Part shown: positions 9,225-19,958 of the stretch, piece by piece | How the letters are laid out: every line of letters starts with the position of its first letter | Numbering within the stretch: the first letter of the stretch is position 1 | Origin: Tortispora ganteri | Lineage: Eukaryota | DNA: 64,000 nt | NCBI GenBank assembly: GCA_003707115.1 | Contig: PPNB01000009.1 | Span: 186,001-250,000 of the forward strand | Direction of reading: 5' to 3' | Notes under the pieces: generated by a model | Database searches by the model: none | What the model was told of the DNA's origin: nothing | The model's input: the letters and a program-made list of their open reading frames with translations, nothing else | Translations under genes and position numbers: made by a program

Positions 9225-10763
9225 ATGTTGTCATCAATTGCCGCTAGCTCCGTCCTGGTGATGACTGCAGCTATACTATTCCGCCATTACCAAACTAGAA
9301 GCATAATTGCTGAAGTAAAAGAAAGCGATACTATCAAAAAGGGTAAAATTGACGAGAAAACAGCAGTCCGCGTTCTCTATTTACCTAACCCCGTAGCCGC
9401 CAAGATCAGTGAAGTTGCCGAATGTCCTGTCGCAGTACTGATTCACGGACTCGGCGGCAGAATGGACCAGTTCTCACGTATACTCGAACTTCTCAGACCC
9501 AGCGTTGGCTTGTTACTCCTGGATCTTCCAGGCTGTGGTGGCAGCGACTGGAAGAAAGCGCCTCACAACTGGGAAGCATACACTACTGAAGCAATTGCCG
9601 ACCTCATACAAGATATAATAGATAGAACTATAGGTGCTGATTGTAAAGTTGTGCTGGTGGGCCATTCCATGGGTAGCAGTATTGCTGTGAAATTGGCTGC
9701 AAAGCTCGGAAATAGGTGTGTTGGATTATGTGCGCTCTCTCCGCCTGTTGACGTTCATATAACTGCGCGCCAACGCAAACTCATCTCACTAGCTCCTCCG
9801 ATATTGTTTGATATCTTTCGATACATTGACAGATACGGAGGTATAAGGTCTGCCAGCGTGTCGCGCATGGTAGCCAAGTCCACTCGTGACTCTATACGGC
9901 GTGCTCAACTGGCTACCAATATTCTCGTCCAAAGCAAACCATGGCTCAGATACGCATACGGATTCCACTGTGCTTCAGCGAAACAATGGAGTGCATTGAA
10001 CATACCTGTCACTGTAATTGTGGGTACTGAGGACCAGATCACAACTCCTAGTCGATGCCAGCTGATCTTAAAGTGGAGAGAAGGCATATCTGCGCCAACT
10101 TCGTACATAGAGATACCGAACAGCGGACATTCTGTGCTCATAGAAGCGCCTCAAGTACTTGCTGCTCATATTTCACGGTTTTTTGAAACATGTGACCCTC
10201 GTTTGTCGCCAGTTTGGCAGCTGAATCAAATAGCTGCGACTGAAGGTAAATGGTCACTCAAGAACGAAGCCAAATGGAAAGCAGTAATGCGTGTATCTGA
10301 CAAAATGCCACCAGGGGACTCTAAGGTCAAGCTATGCGCAATAAAGACGCTCAGAGAGAATGATCCTGAACATAGTCCGCCACTTTTAGAAAGAGACTAC
10401 CCTGAGATTACACATGTCATTGACATTTCTCACGAAACACCACCATATGAATCCACATCTTTTAAGCGAATTAAGTACTTTAAGCTTCCTACTATTGCGA
10501 AGGTACCTGTTCCTGAAGATGAAGTTCGGAAATTTATTGACCTGACGAACAACATCGTTGATAGTTATGCACCGAATGTTCCTGTGATTGCCGTGCACTG
10601 TCATTACGGATTCAATCGAACGGGATTTATGATCTGTAGCTATTTGATCGAAGAATTGAACTATAGCGTTTCTCAATCTCTTGATATTTTTCGAGCTGCA
10701 CGACCGCCTGGGATCAAACACGCGCACTTTATTGATGAATTGCATTTGAGATACGAAGGATGA
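9225..10763 (+). CDS. Alpha/beta-hydrolase fused to a cysteine-dependent (DSP-fold) RNA 5'-triphosphatase-like domain
   Basis: N-terminal hydrophobic anchor; IHGLGG, LDLPGCG, GHSMG, GTEDQ, SGHS triad motifs; C-terminal HCHYGFNRTG and ARPPGIKHAHFIDELHLRY. Confidence 0.9.
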   Translation: MLSSIAASSVLVMTAAILFRHYQTRSIIAEVKESDTIKKGKIDEKTAVRVLYLPNPVAAKISEVAECPVAVLIHGLGGRMDQFSRILELLRPSVGLLLLDLPGCGGSDWKKAPHNWEAYTTEAIADLIQDIIDRTIGADCKVVLVGHSMGSSIAVKLAAKLGNRCVGLCALSPPVDVHITARQRKLISLAPPILFDIFRYIDRYGGIRSASVSRMVAKSTRDSIRRAQLATNILVQSKPWLRYAYGFHCASAKQWSALNIPVTVIVGTEDQITTPSRCQLILKWREGISAPTSYIEIPNSGHSVLIEAPQVLAAHISRFFETCDPRLSPVWQLNQIAATEGKWSLKNEAKWKAVMRVSDKMPPGDSKVKLCAIKTLRENDPEHSPPLLERDYPEITHVIDISHETPPYESTSFKRIKYFKLPTIAKVPVPEDEVRKFIDLTNNIVDSYAPNVPVIAVHCHYGFNRTGFMICSYLIEELNYSVSQSLDIFRAARPPGIKHAHFIDELHLRYEG

Positions 10764-10999
10764 TTAATTTCTCGGATCGAGCACCTTGATTAACTAAGTT
10801 TGACGTTTTATTATGGTTTTCTTGGCCAAATGATCTTTGGGACAATAGCCGATCTCCGATCTCGTCAAACTGCATGTCATTTTCTCGAACACAGTTGACT
10901 TCTAATTGTTGCATAATTTTTAGCAACCGGCTCATATTATTCATACAATACTTTACTTGTTTGTTTGGAACTATTATATATAGTTTGGTGAAACAGGAT

Positions 11000-11464
11000 A
11001 TGACGACGGGAGTACCTAAGGACTGCACTAACGAGCAACTTGTTTCTGTTTTAGCTGAAATGGAAGAGAGTCTCGTTCGTCTCGAACAGAAATTCAATAT
11101 GATTGGTGCATCTCCAGACTGGGAATGGAAAAGGCTTGCAGTTACTCTTGCTAGACACGTCGCACGATTGGAGAACGAGGCGGATAAGAAAACAAGAGCG
11201 CATCGAATGGAGATGACTAGATCCCATAGCACTGATTCTAAGCTGCAACCTGTCGATACAGAAAGCGATTATGAAATACCTACTGTTGAGGATTCTAATA
11301 TTGAGTATGAACAATGCGCACATTGTTGTACAGTTGCCAATTCTGAGATCAAAGCCCTTAACTGTGAACTAGATTCTATACGCAAGCAATTACATGCTGC
11401 GCAGCTCGAAGCTCGCCGAGCATGGAATGAGGTACTTCTTATTCGCAGCAGAGCTATTAATTGA
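11000..11464 (+). CDS. Hypothetical coiled-coil protein
   Basis: 154 aa from the internal ATG at 11000 (the upstream extension to 10874 looks non-coding); heptad-rich; no family recognised. Confidence 0.6.
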   Translation: MTTGVPKDCTNEQLVSVLAEMEESLVRLEQKFNMIGASPDWEWKRLAVTLARHVARLENEADKKTRAHRMEMTRSHSTDSKLQPVDTESDYEIPTVEDSNIEYEQCAHCCTVANSEIKALNCELDSIRKQLHAAQLEARRAWNEVLLIRSRAIN

Positions 11465-12008
11465 TGTTTTATCATAAAGAGACCTGATATTTTCGATTCT
11501 ACATTGTTAGTCAATTCTTGTGATATATCTCCCCAACGGGAAAAGTATTGTGTTGATCCTGATTGTCAAACAATATTATAAGGTTAAATTGTTTTATATA
11601 TGAAACTGCAGATCGCTTAACCAAAGGATTCTGATGGTCAATTGAACTATCGTACTTGATTCTGTGGTTAGACAGTATAGTTCATCAGCCCCTCCCTAAT
11701 CACCAGCCAACTTTCCCACCTGGTCCACCTTTCACCTCTAATAAGCCTTTACGTGGTACTACGCCTTACTCTACCACATTACCTATTATTAGAACATCAG
11801 TAGGTTCTGCATACAGTGCATCCACGAAATTATTAGTGGCGTTACTATTTGTTGATTAGGACGATTTGTTTAATATATAACTCTTAGATATTAGTCATTA
11901 AAGTGACAAGCGGTGTTTGAGTTGTTGAATACTAAGCCACATCCAGCCAACACCAAAATAAGAGTAAATATATCTAGTGAATAGGTGCATTATAGTAATT
12001 AATATATA

Positions 12009-12935
12009 ATGGACAGAACACTTGAATTTAGATCGTGTGTGAATGCAGTTTCTAGACTGAATTCTCCGATCTCTGCAACTAGAAACAATTTGTCTACTAA
12101 CGACAAGAACAGCAATATCGCAAAATCCGGAAGAGGTGCTTTCTCAAAGCAGGCTGCTAGTATCGCACATGACATAAATAATACAATGGGAAAATTAGAG
12201 AGGCTTTCAGCGTTAGCCCGTCGGAAGACGTTGTTTGACGACAAGAGCGTCGAGATATCTGAGCTGACATACGTGATCAAGCAAGATTTAGCGAGGATCA
12301 ACATGTCTATTGCAGAACTTCAGAAATATGCGAAATCAAATACTGGGAAAAATAATGCACAACGAAGTGAACATGCTGAAAAAGTTGTAGTTCTACTTCA
12401 AGGCAAACTTACTTCTGTCACATCTGGATTCAAAGGAGTTTTAGAAGTCCGAACCAAGAATATACAGGCGTCAAGATCTCGAACAGAACAGTTCATGAAT
12501 ATCAATTCACATTCTGACGTTGATAGTCGGCTCTCTTCAAAACCAGGATCCGGATTCTCCACACCTGACCAAGCAGAAAACCCATATGCCGGGTCTTCAG
12601 ACGTTCTGACTCTACCAAATCAACAGCAAAGTTTGTCGTTGCTCGAACAGCAGCAAGATCAGTATATACAGGAAAGAGGATCTGCTATTGAAGCAATTGA
12701 GTCTACGATTCAGGAACTTGGTGGTATCTTTCAGCAGCTGGCGCATATGGTCTCTGAGCAACGCGACATGGTACAGCGAATTGATCAAGATACTGAAGCT
12801 GTTTTAGACAATGTATCTGGTGCACATCGAGAACTTCTGAAATATTATGCGACTATTTCATCTAATAGGTGGCTTTTCTTAAGAGTTTTCGGTATTCTCT
12901 TGATATTCTTCCTCTTATGGGTAGTTGTCACCTAA
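12009..12935 (+). CDS. SED5: cis-Golgi syntaxin
   Basis: MDRTLEF Sly1-binding peptide, LARRKTLFDDKSVEISELTYVIKQD, Qa SNARE motif IESTIQELGGIFQQLAHMV, C-terminal TM. Confidence 0.97.
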   Translation: MDRTLEFRSCVNAVSRLNSPISATRNNLSTNDKNSNIAKSGRGAFSKQAASIAHDINNTMGKLERLSALARRKTLFDDKSVEISELTYVIKQDLARINMSIAELQKYAKSNTGKNNAQRSEHAEKVVVLLQGKLTSVTSGFKGVLEVRTKNIQASRSRTEQFMNINSHSDVDSRLSSKPGSGFSTPDQAENPYAGSSDVLTLPNQQQSLSLLEQQQDQYIQERGSAIEAIESTIQELGGIFQQLAHMVSEQRDMVQRIDQDTEAVLDNVSGAHRELLKYYATISSNRWLFLRVFGILLIFFLLWVVVT

Positions 12936-13506
12936 AACATTCTCATACACTTACGCCGTTCATTAATCATCGGAATCACCATCATTGAAATACCTGTCCT
13001 TTTTGACTGGAAATTGCTGCCGCTCTTGTACAGGAGCGATAGAATCGCTTACGCGCATAACATTGTTAATGTCAAAGCATAGAACTAATATCGATTCTGC
13101 TCATAGAGGCATCGATGAACTGAACATGTGTTGGCCCCAATACTCATAAAGGTCATGATCTATTACCTCTAACTAATAGTTTAAGTAAAATCATTGGCTA
13201 ACGTTATCCCTTCATTATTTGTTATTATCACTGTGATCCTATGGGACAATCTCTGATCATTCCTGGGGGTTTAAGTTTTTTCGGACTTTTCGATCACAGT
13301 TTCCGGAAGGCGTAAATAACTCATTCCTAAATTCGCTATTGATACAATCTCGATTGACTTATCTTGTATTTTATACAGTCATTCGTTAATTAATAGAAGG
13401 CATTATACTCAATAGAGGGCATTGTTTCTTAACAAACCGTGCTGCACTGGTTTTGTAGCTTGACATAGTGTATATCTGCAGATTACCGCCACCACTGTAC
13501 CCTTCT

Positions 13507-15240
13507 ATGGCATTACATATGAGACACATGTACTCTGCAGCTACAAGACTACGACCCCGACTGACTCGATCTAATGCTTATGTGAGTTTTGACAGCAGTA
13601 AACGGTTCTCACCAATAGTATCTCCCCCACCAGGATCTTTGAAGCTCAAAACGTCTGGATCAAGCCCACTGGGTGTGAAGAAGAAGAGCTATGGATGGTA
13701 TTACGTGACAGGGTTTGGATTGGCATTGTATGCGCTGGACGAGTATGAAGCCAATATAATAACTCGATCTGTACGATCATTCTTCTATATGGCATTAATC
13801 ATGGCCGACTACAAAATCAACTTCAAGGAAGGTTCTGACGTGGAAGCTCTACATGAACGTAGCGCTAGACGATTGTTCCATGTGATATCTAAGAATAAGG
13901 GATTATATATCAAATTTGGACAAGCAATAGCTGTTCAGGCGAGCATCTTTCCGCCACCAATACGTGAAACTTTTACGAGTTTGTTTGACGACGCACCACC
14001 ATCGTCGTGGATAGAGATCTCTAAAGCGCTAGAAAATGAGTATGGTGGAAAGGACGCACTAGATAAGATATTTGACAGTATCGATCCTAGACCGATTGCA
14101 AGCGCTTCAATTGCTCAAGTCCATAAGGCAAAACTAAAAAATGGACAAGAAGTAGCTCTTAAGGTAAGACATCCTGCAATTAAGAAGCAAATGAAAGGCG
14201 ATTTGCTAGCTTACAGAATTATAATGCGTGGTTTCGGATGGGTATTTTCTTTGCCTATGGGAATTATATCTGATTTTATAGCTGAAAAGGTCTTAGAAGA
14301 AACTGACTTTCGCCTCGAGGCGCAGAACTCGTCAGCGCTGAAGAGTTTTTGCCACAACGACAGCAGATTTAACGGCAGAATATATATCCCAGAAATATAC
14401 ACGCAATATACAACTGCAAGCACACTGGTTATGGAATTTGTACAAGGCATACGAATGTCTGATAGAGAGGCTGTCTACAAAGCTGGATTCAGTTACTCCT
14501 CTACGATGCGATCTATACTGCAATTCTTTGCTGCTCAGATATTTTCTTTTGGAATTGTCCACGCCGATCCACACCCTGGAAACTTATTATTACGGTATGA
14601 TCCCAAGTCAGGAAAACCTCAAATTGTCGTTCTTGACCACGGTTTGTACATATACGAGCGGCCCGAATTCCGCTTGCAATACACTTATCTTTGGAAGTAC
14701 TTGCTTTCGTTCAATATTGATGGAGTGAAGCAAATAATGGAATACTGGGGCGTGAAATATAATGGAGTTATGGGCCAAGCCATTATGGCTCGTAAGTACG
14801 ATCCCAATAAGAAGAGCATTGAAAAAACAGGCCAAGACACAGACTTTGAAAGCTTTGCTCATCAGAAAGCTATGTCCGAATCGTTTAAGAGCTTTATAAA
14901 AAGCACAGACAAGCTTCCGCTGGAAATTGTGTTTGTTGGCCGAACAGTTCGCATACTTCAAGGACTCAATTTGACTTATGGTTCCCCAGTGAATAGAATC
15001 AATATTTTTGCCGGTGAAGCTTACCGTGCGATCGCGGCTTCTCAACAAAGTAACGTGTTATCAAAACTGAGCTTATGGCAGATGGATTTGGTTTTCAATC
15101 TCAGCCTCTTTGTTTCGGACATATTGTTTTACCTGCTGAAATTACGACAGATTATTACCTACTCTCTTTTTGGAATACGCTCTGGGGGCATGGAAGATCT
15201 AATGGATCAGGGTTTCAATGCAGAAGAGATTTTACGATAA
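13507..15240 (+). CDS. ABC1/UbiB (ADCK) atypical kinase, mitochondrial, Mcp2/ADCK1-like
   Basis: Arg-rich presequence; GLYIKFGQ (KxGQ), ASASIAQVH, VALKV, HADPHPGN, LDHG; first ATG at 13507. Confidence 0.9.
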   Translation: MALHMRHMYSAATRLRPRLTRSNAYVSFDSSKRFSPIVSPPPGSLKLKTSGSSPLGVKKKSYGWYYVTGFGLALYALDEYEANIITRSVRSFFYMALIMADYKINFKEGSDVEALHERSARRLFHVISKNKGLYIKFGQAIAVQASIFPPPIRETFTSLFDDAPPSSWIEISKALENEYGGKDALDKIFDSIDPRPIASASIAQVHKAKLKNGQEVALKVRHPAIKKQMKGDLLAYRIIMRGFGWVFSLPMGIISDFIAEKVLEETDFRLEAQNSSALKSFCHNDSRFNGRIYIPEIYTQYTTASTLVMEFVQGIRMSDREAVYKAGFSYSSTMRSILQFFAAQIFSFGIVHADPHPGNLLLRYDPKSGKPQIVVLDHGLYIYERPEFRLQYTYLWKYLLSFNIDGVKQIMEYWGVKYNGVMGQAIMARKYDPNKKSIEKTGQDTDFESFAHQKAMSESFKSFIKSTDKLPLEIVFVGRTVRILQGLNLTYGSPVNRINIFAGEAYRAIAASQQSNVLSKLSLWQMDLVFNLSLFVSDILFYLLKLRQIITYSLFGIRSGGMEDLMDQGFNAEEILR

Positions 15241-15295
15241 GAGAAACCAGAAACTCGTGTTCATGTATATATTAATAAATAATAATATAGGTACT

Positions 15296-17386
15296 CTAGC
15301 TTCCATTAGCCTTGAATCTCAAATCCCAGCCTATTTCTGGACCAAATTTGGGTAGCAATTCAGCAACAGATTGTACGTCTTTGTCTCCACGACCAGACAA
15401 ACATATGACAATATTTTTTTCCTTTGGCAGAGACTTAGCAAGTTCCATACCACCCCAGACTGCGTGCGCAGATTCAAGAGCAGGGATTATTCCTTCCAGT
15501 TCAGAGAGGTAGCGAAACCCTTGCAAGCACTGCGCATCAGTAGCAGCAACAAACTGCGCTCTTCCAGTGTCTTTCCAGTAAGCCAACTGCGGTCCAACAG
15601 CAGGATAGTCCAAACCTGCTGATATAGAATGAGTGTCCATGACTTGACCATCGTCTGTCTGTAATAAGAATGTTCTGACACCGTGCAAAATACCTACTTC
15701 TCCTGCGACAAGGGTTGCTGAATGTTGCTTAGTAGTAGTACCAGAACCGCCTGCCTCGACACCTAGAATTTTAACATTTTTGTCGTCCTCAAAGGCTTGG
15801 AACATTCCGACAGAATTACTTCCTCCTCCGACGCAGGCGACTACGGCATCAGGCAAGCCACCGACCAATTGCTTCATTTGTTCCTTAGTTTCATCACCGA
15901 TGACCCTTTGGAATCTAGCAACAATAGAAGGATACGGGTGCGGCCCGATAGCTGAGCCAATGACATAATGAGTATTAGGAAGATCTGTAATCCAGAATTT
16001 GAATGCCTCGTTCACAGCGTCTCTCAGCGTCTTTGTACCTGATTCCACAGGGACGACTTCGGCTCCCAGTAAGCGAATTCTGAAGACATTCAAAGCCTGG
16101 CGGCGCGTATCCTCAGCACCCATGAATATAATACACTTGAGACCAAACTTAGCAGCAGCAGTAGCAGTAGCAACTCCGTGCTGACCAGCTCCGGTTTCAG
16201 CAATCACACGTGTCTTTCCTAAACGCTTAGCAAGCAGAACTTGCCCTATGGCGTTATTAATTTTGTGAGAGCCAGTGTGGTTTAAGTCTTCTCGTTTGAG
16301 CCAAATTTTTGCACCGCCCACAAAATCTGTCAACCTGTTGGCATACGTCAGAGAAGAAGGTCTGCTCATGTAATCGTAGTATGATCTAAACTCTTCCCAG
16401 AAAGCTGGGTCATTCATGGCACTGGTGTAGGCGTCTTCAAGCTCTTTTAGGCAGTCGTACAGGATTTCAGGGACAAATTGGCCTCCAAATTTACCAAATT
16501 CATACTTTGGCAAAGGAATACTGGCAGCAGCGACAGAAGACTGCTGCGCTGAAGTGTTATTAGGATCAGCTTTGGAGTGCAGTGTCGGTCGCATTGATAG
16601 GATACTTTTAATAAAGTCCGATACAGCTTTTATTAAATCTTGTTTTTGTTCATGGGCCTCTCGAATTACGGTGATTAGCTTTGAGCCGATAACTACACCG
16701 TCGGCCTGCGAGCCGATAGATGCGAAATGTTCGGGCTTGCTGACACCAAAGCCGACAGCCATGGGCGTGGAACCGAAGTATTTTCTGACACGGTCAATCA
16801 AGCTAGGTAATTCAGCCGAGACCTCTGTAGTTGCTCCAGTGACGCCCATACGGGAAACAACGTAGACGAATGAGTCCGTAATTGAGGCGAGTGTGGCCAT
16901 GCGGTCGTCAGTGGTTGAAGGGGCAATTAGCGGGACATAGCTGAGGCCAGATTCAGTACAATATGTTCTAAATCGTACTGCTTCTTCAGGAGGCAGATCT
17001 ACGAGAATAAACCCATCTACGCCTGCAGTAGCACAATCTTTGACAAGTTTTTCCTCGCCATATGCCAGAACGGGGTTGGCGTAACCCATGAGAACAATAG
17101 GGACATGTACACCAGCATCTCTAGCTTTTCTAACCATATCAATAACAGTGTGAATTGTCACTCCCTGTTGAATCGCATCATTGCTAGCGTTCTGTACAGT
17201 AGGCCCATCGGCAACAGCATCAGAAAATGGTATACCTAATTCGATGACATCTACACCGGAATTCTGCAAACTGAGCAAGATCGGGATAGTGCTTTCAATA
17301 GTGGGGAAACCACATGTCACAAATGTAACTAGAGCAGGTCGCTCTTCTTCTCTTGCTTTTTGAAAGGTCTTCTTGAGATGATCCAT
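15296..17386 (-). CDS. TRP5: Tryptophan synthase (fused alpha-beta)
   Basis: [16 protein letters not shown] (alpha); [42 protein letters not shown] (beta). Confidence 0.98.
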   Translation of the reverse strand: MDHLKKTFQKAREEERPALVTFVTCGFPTIESTIPILLSLQNSGVDVIELGIPFSDAVADGPTVQNASNDAIQQGVTIHTVIDMVRKARDAGVHVPIVLMGYANPVLAYGEEKLVKDCATAGVDGFILVDLPPEEAVRFRTYCTESGLSYVPLIAPSTTDDRMATLASITDSFVYVVSRMGVTGATTEVSAELPSLIDRVRKYFGSTPMAVGFGVSKPEHFASIGSQADGVVIGSKLITVIREAHEQKQDLIKAVSDFIKSILSMRPTLHSKADPNNTSAQQSSVAAASIPLPKYEFGKFGGQFVPEILYDCLKELEDAYTSAMNDPAFWEEFRSYYDYMSRPSSLTYANRLTDFVGGAKIWLKREDLNHTGSHKINNAIGQVLLAKRLGKTRVIAETGAGQHGVATATAAAKFGLKCIIFMGAEDTRRQALNVFRIRLLGAEVVPVESGTKTLRDAVNEAFKFWITDLPNTHYVIGSAIGPHPYPSIVARFQRVIGDETKEQMKQLVGGLPDAVVACVGGGSNSVGMFQAFEDDKNVKILGVEAGGSGTTTKQHSATLVAGEVGILHGVRTFLLQTDDGQVMDTHSISAGLDYPAVGPQLAYWKDTGRAQFVAATDAQCLQGFRYLSELEGIIPALESAHAVWGGMELAKSLPKEKNIVICLSGRGDKDVQSVAELLPKFGPEIGWDLRFKANGS

Positions 17387-17957
17387 GACTTTAGCCTATT
17401 TTAAGAGTCAGACTTGTAAATGTAGAAGGAGGCATCTCGGGAGTTCCTTGCTGAAGGTTAATTTTCAAAATAGACTTTGACATGTTTTCCTTAACTGACC
17501 GATTAATCATCTCGATAATACACCATTTTTGCACAATTTGTTCATTTTTAAAATAAAAATATTATTAAATATATTTAATTACATTTATTGCAGTTATATT
17601 CATACTTTCTCGGTAGCAACAAGAACTAATGAGGTTACGAACACTACTGTAAGCCCTAGCTCAAAAACCCTAACATGTAAAACACTACAGCTGACGGCAA
17701 GTTTGCTAATATTATATCGACCTTAGAAACTACACCTAATTCTCTTCACGTTCCCTTTTCTGGTCTGTTTTATATTATAGGACGTTTTTATCCCGTTTTA
17801 TATTGACAATTACTGTTTTTGGAGATAATCTTCAAGACGTTTATTCTGCAGCCTATTCAACTTCAACCTACTTTAACGGTTCATAACTATCAACACACAC
17901 CAAACTACTGCTCTCTTTGTTATATCACCTTTCATCAGCAGTTTTAAGTCTACCACT

Positions 17958-18761
17958 ATGACATACCATGCTTCTAATGGACCTGCTCCTCATATATCCT
18001 CTTTACATGGCTCTGCAGGACAAACAGGAGGTGGCCAAATGGTGCCTCCCGGTCTCGAATACAACAATGTAGCTGCGAACTCACCTTCCGAAAAACAATC
18101 AGCCCGCCCGCTAGGCGTCATCGGACAGCGATCTGCCTCAAACTACTCTAACGATCAAGGAAAAAGCTCTAGACTTGATACATCACATACTACGCTACCA
18201 GGACTAGCTGCCCACAGCGATACCTCTAGACCTGCTTCCTCTGCTCCACTCGAAACTGACGCCCAGAGATTCGGCATCCAGGGAATACTGGGTGCCGTGC
18301 GTAGAGACTCCTCTGATATAAGCATGCTATCTTTGGGAACCGACTTGAACTCATTTCGTATGCCGTTTAGTTCTTCAGAATCATTGTCCAGATCATTCTC
18401 CACACCTTGGCCGGAATCAGAATCGCTTCGCGTCGAACCAGATTTCCGCTTACCAGAATGCTATTCTACCGCACCATTACCTGATCAACGGTCACGAATG
18501 GAAGCATTTAATGATGAAACTCTGTTTTATATATTTTACAGCATGCCACGCGACGTCTTGCAAGAAGCAGCAGCTACCGAATTGACTAATAGACATTGGC
18601 GGTACCACAAAGAGCTCAAATTATGGCTAACTAAAGATCCTGCTTCAGAACCTATTCAACAAAGTGCCCAAGCTGAGCGAGGTATATATATTTTCTTCGA
18701 CCCGATAGCATGGGAAAAAACGAAGAAGGAATACATTTTATATTATGCCTCTATAGCTTGA
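17958..18761 (+). CDS. CDC36: CCR4-NOT subunit Not2
   Basis: LSLGTDLNS, DETLFYIFYSMPRDVLQEAAATELTNRHWRYHKELKLWLT NOT-box. Confidence 0.93.
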   Translation: MTYHASNGPAPHISSLHGSAGQTGGGQMVPPGLEYNNVAANSPSEKQSARPLGVIGQRSASNYSNDQGKSSRLDTSHTTLPGLAAHSDTSRPASSAPLETDAQRFGIQGILGAVRRDSSDISMLSLGTDLNSFRMPFSSSESLSRSFSTPWPESESLRVEPDFRLPECYSTAPLPDQRSRMEAFNDETLFYIFYSMPRDVLQEAAATELTNRHWRYHKELKLWLTKDPASEPIQQSAQAERGIYIFFDPIAWEKTKKEYILYYASIA

Positions 18762-18917
18762 GAAGCTCATGAATAGTTTGCTTTCTTTTTTTTTTCTCAG
18801 GTTATTCTACTGTTGTGCTAATTTCCTTCTCCTTTAATGATAAACTATATCATTTTATCGTTATATCATTTATCATCATGTTCGCTTTTCCTGTCTGTAT
18901 GCACTTATATGTCAGAT

Positions 18918-19811
18918 TCACGGAATAACAGTATGTAGTGTTATCAAAACTGTAGAGAAGATAACTGTCATAACGTATATCGATCGCACAGTATTACGGT
19001 CCCTATTTCTTGCACGTCGCAGCTCCTTGCCCGCCTCGCTCATATCTTCTTCAATGGTGCTTGCATTAGTCATTAAAATGTCAACTGTTTCGCGTTGGCG
19101 GTGTAAGTGCTGAGATAGCTCATTGTGCATATCCCCAATATCTTGCAATGATTTTGCCACTTTCCTCGTTTGTTCTATAGATTGTTCAAATATTTTTGTC
19201 ATTTGGTCATTCTCTTCTTTCAGTTCAGTCATCATCTGAGCACTCAGTCCATCCATATCTGTTGGATCGCTGTATGTGTAACTATACGACTCCGCAAATG
19301 AAGACTCTAGATCTAGGTCGTTTGGCACAGGCCGCGTATCTATGATCTCAGAATTCAAATTTTCCGCAATATTTCTCTCTCTCTCTAGTTGTTCCTGCAG
19401 TCTTGCTTCTTGGAGAGTGGCCTGGAAATGTGATAGCGCTTCGAGTCTCGCGTTCAAGTACATAGTAATACCATACCGATGCTTGCTTTTTGCTTCTATA
19501 GCAGCTTTATTTTTCCTCCAACCCCGTTCACCAGTAGTAGTATGCTTTGCTGCTTCCTCTATGTGACGTACTCGAATAACTAGTTGCTTTAAAACTTGTC
19601 TAACGGTGAAATCAATGTCGTCTTTGTCGACATCGCTCATGCCTCGTCCATCCTGGCGCAGATACGACTTCCGAGCGGTCCTCAACTTCTCTGTGAGGTT
19701 TATAATTTGTCGATTAACTCTTATAGCCTCAATTTCAAATGCATCAGGCTTATGTTTAATCTTTTGGGGCGTCGTTTTTGTGTATTGCTGGTATATAGGG
19801 GTTATGTCCAT
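18918..19811 (-). CDS. UFE1: ER syntaxin (syntaxin-18 family)
   Basis: MDITPIY and DAFEIEA N-terminal motifs, GMSDVDKDDID, ELKEEN, SNARE coil, C-terminal TM. Confidence 0.85.
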   Translation of the reverse strand: MDITPIYQQYTKTTPQKIKHKPDAFEIEAIRVNRQIINLTEKLRTARKSYLRQDGRGMSDVDKDDIDFTVRQVLKQLVIRVRHIEEAAKHTTTGERGWRKNKAAIEAKSKHRYGITMYLNARLEALSHFQATLQEARLQEQLERERNIAENLNSEIIDTRPVPNDLDLESSFAESYSYTYSDPTDMDGLSAQMMTELKEENDQMTKIFEQSIEQTRKVAKSLQDIGDMHNELSQHLHRQRETVDILMTNASTIEEDMSEAGKELRRARNRDRNTVRSIYVMTVIFSTVLITLHTVIP

Positions 19812-19958
19812 GGTGGTTGGTGTAAGGTACTACCCTCAGACTACTTCACTAACTATATCTAGAACAGTCACAATCAAACCCACAAAACACTTCCCATCTT
19901 GGATTTGCCTAGGTTAATAAATAATGCGCACTATTGAAAAAATAATTCATCTGCAAAC

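Noticed and set aside
5700..10000. Visibly more GC-rich block, considered as horizontal transfer
   Set aside because: It contains ordinary eukaryotic genes (BXI1, DOM34); regional GC variation is a simpler explanation; GC was not computed
13230..13300. 9-bp inverted repeat ACTGTGATC...GATCACAGT, considered as a snoRNA terminal stem or MITE
   Set aside because: No correctly placed C/D or H/ACA boxes, no target-site duplication, and no second copy in the window
17404..17410. TGACTC (Gcn4-like) site upstream of TRP5
   Set aside because: Only about 20 bp from the ATG, so probably within the 5' UTR; single imperfect site
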